Below, piece by piece: positions 56,959 through 64,000 of a stretch of DNA of 64,000 nt; the stretch's first letter is position 1, and every line of letters begins with the position of its first letter. The notes under the pieces are model-generated. The model made no database searches, was not told the origin of the DNA, and saw only the letters and a list, made by a program, of their open reading frames with translations. The stretch covers positions 4,128,001 to 4,192,000 of the forward strand of contig OY970194.1 of the NCBI GenBank assembly GCA_963708075.1. The letters are read 5' to 3'. A program made the translations under genes and the position numbers. The stretch is from Sedimentisphaerales bacterium (GTDB lineage Bacteria; Planctomycetota; Phycisphaerae; Sedimentisphaerales; Anaerobacaceae).

Positions 56959-59103
56959 ATGTACAGACGTCTTATCATTTTGAGCCTTGTCATCGTGGCC
57001 GCCGTGTGCGGGCTCGGGGGGCTCGGCTATCATGCTGTGGCCAAGTGGGCACAGGGTCTGGAGGGGGCCCGGCTGGGCGAGTTCGCCGAGGTGGCGGAGC
57101 AAATCCGTCAGGACGTCAAGCGGAAGCTCGATGAGTTCATCGAGGCCGAGCAGCAGCGAAAGTACACGGATTATCTGTACTACTATGTGCCCGAGAACAT
57201 GGCGGAGATGCAGCAACAGCAGTTGCCGCTGCTTCGGTCGCCGCTGGGCAACCAGTTGTCCAACAGCTTCGCCTACGGCTACTTCCAGATCGAGGGCGAT
57301 GGCAGCATCGTCACGCCGTACTACCCAGGCACACTGCCCCGGATGGACCAGGGCAGTGCGATGACAGACGAGGTGGAGCGTCAAGGGAGGAACATCAAGG
57401 ACAATGTGCTGCCGTCGATCACCCGCAGATCGGGTGTCTTGCGATTGCCCGACCAGCAGATGACACAGCAGGCCGAGAGTCAGAGCCCGCAGTTGACTTC
57501 GCTCCGGGACAATCAAACATCGGAAAACAACACCGTTGTGAAAGGCAAAGGCGCGCGCAGCAAGGCCTACCCGATCGAAAGCTTGAACAAGGAGGCCCAG
57601 GCGTCGCAGGTCATCAGGCAGCAGCGACTCTTTGTCAACTCGAACCAGGTCCAGGCCGTCCCGCCTCCATCGCAACCACCGACTGAGACACAAGCAGGTC
57701 CAGCCGAACAGGTTGCGCCCATGCCAGCCCAGCGGGGGCAAGTTGCAGAGCCATCCGCAGCGGCTCAGGAGCAGACTCAGGTGGCAGCCGCCCTGCCACC
57801 GCAGGATCAGCGGGACCTCTCCACCTCGTCCGGCATCCAGGCGGATTTGCAGCAGGCAAAGGACCTCTCCGAGATGGTGCAGATCCGCATCGAGCCGTTC
57901 GTGCCTCTCATCGTACCTGGCGTAAACCCGGAGACCTCCATCTTCGGCGGGCAGGTTTTCCTGCTGCGGCACGTGCAGATCGAGGACAGGCACCTTCTCC
58001 AGGGCTTTCAGTTGGATGAGCAGAGGCTCGTCACGGAGATCGAGGAATCGGCCGGACGATTCATGCGGGACGGCATGGGTTTCGAGTTGCCGCGGGTCAC
58101 CAAGGCGAGCGGGTACGTAGACGACGTCGGTGAGAAAGCCGCGTATACAGCCATCCTCGACTTCGGTTTTGGGGATCTCGCCCTGAGCCTCAAGGAGCTC
58201 GACCCCGCCTGGATCACCAAGCGAAGCGGGGAATTGCACCGGATTTACTTCGGGATTCTCGCGACCGTCGTGGCCGCCGTCACGCTGGCCCTGGTGAGCC
58301 TGTGGCACAACGTGCGGGCCCAAATCATACTGGCGAGGAAGAAGGACGACTTCATCTCGGCTGTCTCGCACGAGCTGAGAACACCTCTGACCTCGATTCG
58401 CATGTACTCGGAGATGCTGGAAAGGAACTGGATCAAGTCGCCGGACAAGCTGGGCGAGTATTACCGGAATATGCGGCAGGAGAGCGAACGGCTCAGCCGG
58501 CTTGTGGAGAACGTGCTCGATTTTGCGCGACTGCAAAAGGGTCGCAAGCGCTACGCCTTCCGGCTTGGCAACCTGAATGACTGCGTCGCCGAGGTCGTGG
58601 AGATGATGAAGCCCTATGCGGAGCAGCGCGGGTTCACCATCCGGACCGATTTCGAGCCGCTGGGCCAGACGCCATTCGACAAGGACGCCGTCACGCAAAT
58701 CGTCGTGAACCTGATCGACAACGCCGTCAAGTACGCCGCCTGTGCGACGGACAAGACCATCGCCGTGCACACGCGAGGACAAGACAGCTTCACCATCATC
58801 GAGGTCGAGGACCACGGCCCGGGCGTCCCCCATCGCCAGCGCAGGAAGGTCTTCGAGGAGTTCTATCGCATAGAAAGTGGGAAGTTTGAAGTGTCAAGTG
58901 TGAAGCCCAGAGAGCCTCTTCACACTTCAAACTTGAAACTTGACACTTCAAACTCGCCTCAAGTCACAGGCACCGGCCTGGGCCTGACGCTGGTCAAACG
59001 CTTCGCCGAAGCCCACGGCGGCTACGTCGAGATCGACTCCGCCCAGCCCACCGGCGCCATCTTCCGCGTCGCCCTCGCCACGCACCTTTTGCCCGCCTCA
59101 TAG
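56959..59103 (+). CDS. Membrane sensor histidine kinase
   Basis: Two TMs around a large Gln-rich periplasmic region; SHELRTPL, NLIDNAVKY, DHGPG, GTGLGL. Confidence 0.93.
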   Translation: MYRRLIILSLVIVAAVCGLGGLGYHAVAKWAQGLEGARLGEFAEVAEQIRQDVKRKLDEFIEAEQQRKYTDYLYYYVPENMAEMQQQQLPLLRSPLGNQLSNSFAYGYFQIEGDGSIVTPYYPGTLPRMDQGSAMTDEVERQGRNIKDNVLPSITRRSGVLRLPDQQMTQQAESQSPQLTSLRDNQTSENNTVVKGKGARSKAYPIESLNKEAQASQVIRQQRLFVNSNQVQAVPPPSQPPTETQAGPAEQVAPMPAQRGQVAEPSAAAQEQTQVAAALPPQDQRDLSTSSGIQADLQQAKDLSEMVQIRIEPFVPLIVPGVNPETSIFGGQVFLLRHVQIEDRHLLQGFQLDEQRLVTEIEESAGRFMRDGMGFELPRVTKASGYVDDVGEKAAYTAILDFGFGDLALSLKELDPAWITKRSGELHRIYFGILATVVAAVTLALVSLWHNVRAQIILARKKDDFISAVSHELRTPLTSIRMYSEMLERNWIKSPDKLGEYYRNMRQESERLSRLVENVLDFARLQKGRKRYAFRLGNLNDCVAEVVEMMKPYAEQRGFTIRTDFEPLGQTPFDKDAVTQIVVNLIDNAVKYAACATDKTIAVHTRGQDSFTIIEVEDHGPGVPHRQRRKVFEEFYRIESGKFEVSSVKPREPLHTSNLKLDTSNSPQVTGTGLGLTLVKRFAEAHGGYVEIDSAQPTGAIFRVALATHLLPAS
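58874..58955. repeat. Inverted heptamer-repeat element in frame inside the kinase
   Basis: AAGTGGG AAGTTTG AAGTGTC AAGTGTG AAG ... CTTCACA CTTCAAA CTTGAAA CTTGACA CTTCAAA. Confidence 0.85.
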
Positions 59104-59188
59104 CCCTTCCACCTCGGCCCTCCAGATCAGCTTCGTCTCGCATGGGGTAGGGATTTGGGCTATATCGGGTTAGAAAGGAGCCGTGGCT

Positions 59189-59460
59189 ATGAAGCTCAGT
59201 GAACGAATCAAGCCAGTCAGTTATCTGAAGGCCCACACGGACAGGATCATACGCGAGTTGAGCACAAAGCGCGGGACCATGGTGATCACGCAGAATGGTC
59301 ACCTGAACTTGAGCGTGTCGGCGTGCGCGGCTACAGGGAAGTCCACTTTAAGCCTTACAGGATTATCTACCAGATCGTGGGGAGGAAGGTGTTCATTCAT
59401 TGTGTTCTGGATGGACGCCGGGCTGTGCAGGAGGTTCTTGAACGTCGTCTGCTCCGTTAA
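59189..59460 (+). pseudogene. Collapsed type II TA locus: Phd/YefM antitoxin 5' end joined out of frame to RelE/ParE toxin 3' end
   Basis: AAGGAG RBS; MKLSERIKPVSYLKAH..MVITQNG then, from 59302, PELERVGVRGYREVHFKPYRIIYQI..VLDGRRAVQEVLERRLLR*. Confidence 0.85.
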
Positions 59461-59520
59461 CATCCAGCCAAATGATCCGGTTGAAATGGCAACAGACAAG
59501 ACCGGCTGCGTAGGCCAATA

Positions 59521-60000
59521 TCACTCTTCTTCCGGGGCGCCGGGGGTGAAGCAGACGAGGGCGATCAGGACCAGACCGGCGCCGGCGATGAACAGGGTGA
59601 TTCGCTTGGGGGGATCGCTGCACCGTTGCAGCCAGACTGGGATTTCCGGGGCGTCGGGCTCCTGCTCGGCCTCCGCTACCAGGGCCTTTCGGGCAATCGC
59701 CAGCTCGCCGGCCCGGGCCTTGGGATAGACGGTGTTCGGATCGTTGGGCTCGGTCCCCAGGGTCACAGGCACGATGCGCTGGAGCAGGTCAGGGTCCTTC
59801 TCCAACTCCTGCAACAGGGCATCATACTCGGCGTTGAGCGACTCAAGCTGTTTGAGGGACGATTGTGCTTCCCGGAGATAGCTCTTGTTGCGGCAGTACT
59901 GGGTGAAATCATCGCACAGGACCGCCCCGCCCAGCGCGACGGCACCGATGCTGAAGAACACCACAAAGAAAAGGAGGTGGAGAATCCCTTGCCTCTGCAT
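59521..60000 (-). CDS. Hypothetical membrane protein (TM, coiled coil, TM)
   Basis: Hydrophobic termini; LKQLESLNAEYDALLQELEKDP..LQR..LG is loosely FtsB/DivIC-like. Confidence 0.65.
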   Translation of the reverse strand: MQRQGILHLLFFVVFFSIGAVALGGAVLCDDFTQYCRNKSYLREAQSSLKQLESLNAEYDALLQELEKDPDLLQRIVPVTLGTEPNDPNTVYPKARAGELAIARKALVAEAEQEPDAPEIPVWLQRCSDPPKRITLFIAGAGLVLIALVCFTPGAPEEE

Positions 60001-60012
60001 GGCAGACCACCA

Positions 60013-60043
60013 ATTGCGGATTGCGGATTTCGGATTGCGGATT
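60013..60043. repeat. ATTGCGG heptamer tandem repeat
   Basis: attgcgg attgcgg atttcgg attgcgg att. Confidence 0.85.
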
Positions 60044-60191
60044 CACGACGCGGCTTCGATCCGCAAGTCCATCATTGGCCCAATCCATTCATCCATACAC
60101 ACAGGGTGCGCTTGATCCGGTCGCCGCAGCGCCCTGCAACCTATCCGGCTTATCGGCCGCCGCCGGGCTCGTTCTGAAATGTTTCTCGGAC

Positions 60192-60245
60192 TAAAAGAAA
60201 TGCGGATTGCGGATCGGGGTCAAAGGCCCAATCCGCAATCCGCAA
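60192..60245 (-). terminator. Putative intrinsic terminator of the enolase-like gene, built from heptamer repeats
   Basis: Minus strand TGCGGATTGCGGAT..ATCCGCAATCCGCA followed by TTTCTTTT. Confidence 0.55.
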
Positions 60246-60264
60246 TCATCAATCTGCAATCAAC

Positions 60265-63014
60265 TTATACGGGGTAAACCGGCAGTTGGGCCCGGAGCAG
60301 CTCGTAGATGGTCTTGCCGCTCTTGACGCACACCGCCGCACTCTGGCGATACTGGGTGGTAAGCTGGTCGAAGTCCAGCTTCTTGAGATCCGCCAGACTC
60401 TTTTTGCCGCCGTTGGCCACGATGAACTTGGCCATGGTGTCGCTGGCGATGTCCCGCATGAGCTGCCAGAGCTCCCGGCCGTCCGCCGCCGCGACCGCCC
60501 GGCCCAGGGCCAGCGACATCGACAGGATGGCGTTCATGCCCAGCAGGCCCTTGCGCTGCATGGCGTGGATCTTCTCCTCTTTCGAGGCGTCCTTGCTGAT
60601 CCGGCCGGCAGCGATCGCCTGCTCGAGTTCCAGCCCGAGGAGCTGACGGTCGGTGTCGAGGAGCGAGCCCAGCGTACCGACTCGCTTGCCGACGAAGGCC
60701 TTGGCGAGCACGGTTTCGATGTGCTGGACGGCGTCCATGCAACCCTTGCCGTCGTATCGCCGGGACTTCTTCCAGAGGGCCATGAGCTTCTCATCGTTCT
60801 TGGCCCGGACCGCGTCCACCTTGACGTCCTTCTTGAATCGGAAGGTGCCGTCGCCGGCGGCCTTGAACAGGTCGGGATACTTCTTGACCGTATCGGACGG
60901 CTCGATGATGCTGTCCACATAGTGGATGGCTTCGTCCTCGCCGGCGCTGGTGCCCAGAGGGGTCGAGCCCTTGAAGCGAATGATGCCGCTTCGGCCGAGG
61001 AACAACGTGGCGGCCGCCGACGGGATACCGGCGTTGGTCGCCTCTTCCGTACCACTGACGGCCTCGATGGCCAGCATCTTCATCAGGAGGCTGGTCAGAT
61101 CGATGTCGCCCGCCTTCGCGGAGATGGTGCAGTCGTCTTTGCCGGTGAGGATCTTGACCAGCTCTTTGACGCTCTCTTCGATTTCCTTGCGCTCTTTGGC
61201 TGTCGTTTCGCGCTGCGAGGCTCGAGCCAGGGCGAGGATTTCCATCATGCGCCCGTACTTCTGGAGGCGTTCGGTGTTGGCGCCGCCGCCGCACTTGACG
61301 CCCAAGGCGTTCATCGCGGTGCCGATTTCCGCCTCGAACGGGTCGTTCGGGCTCTTGGACCGGTGGGAGATCACCAGCTCGGCGCCGTAGGCCAGCGAGG
61401 TCAGCATGGCCAGCACGGTCTCGGTCAGGGTTCCAATCTGGTTGGCCTTGATCAGCGAGGCGTTGATTTCGCCGTTCTTGGCGCACTTTTCAATGTTCGA
61501 GTCCTTGGTGGTGACCAGGTCGTCGCCGATGATGAAGATCTTGTCGCCAAGCTCTTTCACCAGGTTTTTCCAGCCCTGGTGGTCGCGCTCGCCGAATCCG
61601 TCTTCGATGGACAGGATCGGGATGCCTTCTTCCATGGACTTCTTGAAGAGGTCCAGGATCTGGTCGCGGCTCATCTCGACCTTGCTCTTGTCGCGCCAGA
61701 AGCGATACATGCCGACGGAATCGGGCTCGCCGCGCTCCTCGCGGTAGGCGTTTTCGAGCTCGGAGCACGCCGGGTCCAGAGCGATCGCGACATCGACGCC
61801 GGGGACCCACTCGCAGTCCAGAATGGCCTGCTTCATGAAGCGCCACATGCGCTGCTCAGGCACCTGGTCTCCCTCTGCCTTATCGACGTAGGGTGCGATG
61901 CCGCCTTCGAGGCCGACACCCATGACCTTGCGCCCGGGGCCGACTCGATGATTTCCTTGAGCCGGTACTGGAGCTTCACGGTCATTTCCTGGGCGTCTTC
62001 GTAGGTCTTCGGGGAAAGCGGCATGAACATGCTTTCCTGCATGGAAATGTTGCTTTCGGGGTATTCCTTCTCGGTGTGCCGGCCGCCCATGGCGCAGTTT
62101 CGGAACTGCCACGGGGCCGCAACGCGGTTGCCGTCCTTGAGGATGATCTGCTGCATGCGCGTGGTCAGCAGCCTCTGCTTCACGGCAGCGACCTGCACGG
62201 GCCAGCTCTCCTTCGAGGCAGCCGCAGCCGCGCGGGCCGCCTGCTCGGCGGCGATCTTCTCGCGGGTGCGGAACTCGCGGAGCTTGCCGGGGTCGGCCAG
62301 CAACCGGTCCAGCATGCCCACGCAACCGGGAGCCAGGAAGAACCGGCCGACGTAGACGAAGAAGTCAACGCCGGTGGAAAGGCCAATGGCGATGAGCACG
62401 ATAGCCGCCGGCAGGCAAACCGCCGCCAGGTATCCGCTCCACACGGGGGCCGACGCCGCGACGGCCAGGTTGTACGGGGCATCGGGGACGAAGTTGCCAT
62501 GCTCTTTCTTGACGCCGTAGAACTTGCCCCACGGAATCAGCAGGAGCATCTGGGCGTAGTAGCCGAACTTACTGCCGCTGCTCTTGAGGATCGCATCGGC
62601 TTTCTCCTGGGAATCCTTATTCAAAGCCGTCAGCTTCGCGGCCGTGAGGAAGTGTCCCATTTCGTGGACGGCAATGGCGATATGCCACGACAGGTAAAGA
62701 ACGGCCAGCGAGATCCACACTTCGATGTGGGTCGGCAGGAACATGAACTGCAGCACGACGGACTTGATGTTCACGCCGGCCTCGGCCTGCTGTCGCAGTT
62801 GCTCGGCCGGCAGGCTCAGCACGGAGGAAATGAAGGCAGCGTGGAAGGAAACCAGCTTGTGGTTCGCGATTACCCAGCCGCGCTCCAGGGCCATCCGCTG
62901 AAGGCCCGCCGCACGGTTCGGCCTGCGGAATATATCACGCACCGCCTGCCACCCGCGGCGCACGATCCCGTTGTTCCGGTGGACTCCCACCTCTGACTCT
63001 GCCAGTTGACTCAT
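60265..63014 (-). CDS. eno: Circularly permuted enolase fused to an N-terminal HExxH membrane domain (~916 aa; single-base frameshift at ~61930)
   Basis: AAGGAG RBS; TMs + HEMGH; barrel motifs GGRH, QES, GLEGG, ALD, IEDG, GDDL, LIKANQIGT, SHRS, VKCG, ERLQKY; then capping-domain motifs PLGTSAG..EA, RYDGKG, LGMNAILSMSLA. Confidence 0.85.
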
Positions 63015-63380
63015 TCTCAACTTCTCCTTCATCTATAGCTCGACCCATGTCGGCATTTCAGCCCCAACTGAAAGGCTCATGGGCTCTTACCACCTTGCAG
63101 GACGTGCCTCGTGAAGCCATCCCCCACTTGTCGTGGATTGATGGTTGCGGACTCACCATCTTCCGTGATCCGCCACCAATCCGACCTCCGCAGTCGCTAC
63201 GGGCCCGTGCCATTCCCCGCGCTCGGGGAACACAGAACCATACGAATTCCGCGCGAGAAAGTCAATAGCGATTCCGCAAAGTTCATAGGAGAATCGCGGG
63301 ATTGTGCCGGCGAAGAACGGCGGCGGGACAGCAGCAAACGAAAGACACTCGAAAATGCCATCTGTCTTGGGGACCACAGC

Positions 63381-63699
63381 CTCGCTGTCCCCAAACCCCT
63401 GAGATTTTTCGCTTTGCGCCAACAGCATGGTAGGAGAATGAGGCTGCCCAGTTGCCCTGCCAGCTTCCCATTTTGCTGCCAGGGGCCTTGGGGTAATCTG
63501 CCTTCTGCGGTCGCTTGCCGGCGAGGAGCATCGATGGTATTCTTGCACGTGCCGTTGCGGAGGACAGGGCTCTGCTGAGAAGCAACCCGAGCGCCGTAAC
63601 GGTCCAATGGCATAGCGATGCCGCTTCTTCGGGGCATCGCTCTTCATATCGATGCTGTTGGCAAAAAGCGAAAAATCTCGGGGGTCCGGGGGCAGAGAG
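63381..63699. mobile_element. MITE-like element with ~48-bp imperfect terminal inverted repeats
   Basis: 63381-63428 is the imperfect reverse complement of 63652-63699 (core GAGATTTTTCGCTTT..GCCAACAGCAT). Confidence 0.7.
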
Positions 63700-63743
63700 G
63701 CTGTGAAGAAATCGGTCTTGACGGGGATGGTAGAATAACGGGC

Positions 63744-64000
63744 ATGAAAGAGCAAGGAACTCTGCCGGGAATGGAATCTCAGGTTAGTGAGATGGAACAA
63801 GATTCGAGAGACTGTGTGCCTGCGGGTCCGTTGCGGTTTCGTCGGCCGGACCGGTCACAAACGCGGATGGTTCCGTTGTCCCTGGAAGAGACGATCCCGC
63901 CGGGCCATCACGTGCGGGTGCTTTGGGCCGTGGTGGAGCGGCTGGACCTGTCGAAGTTTACCGAGGGACTGAAGGTCAGTGAGGGACAGGCCGGGCGGTC
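63744..64000 (+). mobile_element. IS1182-family transposase, 5' part running off the window
   Basis: RFRRPDRSQ..PLSLEETIPPGHHVRVLWAVVERLDLSKF..GR; probable left end GGCTGTGAAGAA at ~63699. Confidence 0.8.

Noticed and set aside
56746..58833. 695-aa minus-strand ORF
   Set aside because: Antisense shadow of the histidine kinase with no motifs of its own
59521..60000. Calling this gene ftsB
   Set aside because: Resemblance is loose and there is an extra C-terminal TM; needs an HMM test
60286..62996. Plus-strand ORFs of 572 and 306 aa
   Set aside because: Shadows of the enolase-like gene

Overview
GC-rich bacterial window, probably Planctomycetota (Phycisphaerae/Sedimentisphaerales-like; inferred from gene types only). 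Right of a minus-strand tRNA-Phe(GAA) at 55640-55712 is core-like DNA: an OmpR-type two-component pair, a collapsed toxin-antitoxin locus, a membrane-anchored circularly permuted enolase, and an IS1182 start. Left of the tRNA is a tandem array of islands, separated by three copies of an internal tRNA-Phe fragment (49337, 14542, 10640). The islands carry: (1) a deleted integrase and an HD + Hsp90-like ATPase conflict protein; (2) a ~7,300-aa LEPRxLL surface protein beside an ABC-less type-I-like secretion cluster (GAF-HlyD, M50-HlyD, truncated SecA-like ATPase, TolC, MFP); (3) a LamG/discoidin protein; (4) a mosaic copper/metabolic region full of split gene remnants. Several single-base frameshifts look like sequencing errors. 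No CRISPR array or rRNA was seen. All assignments are by-eye motif recognition; no searches were run.
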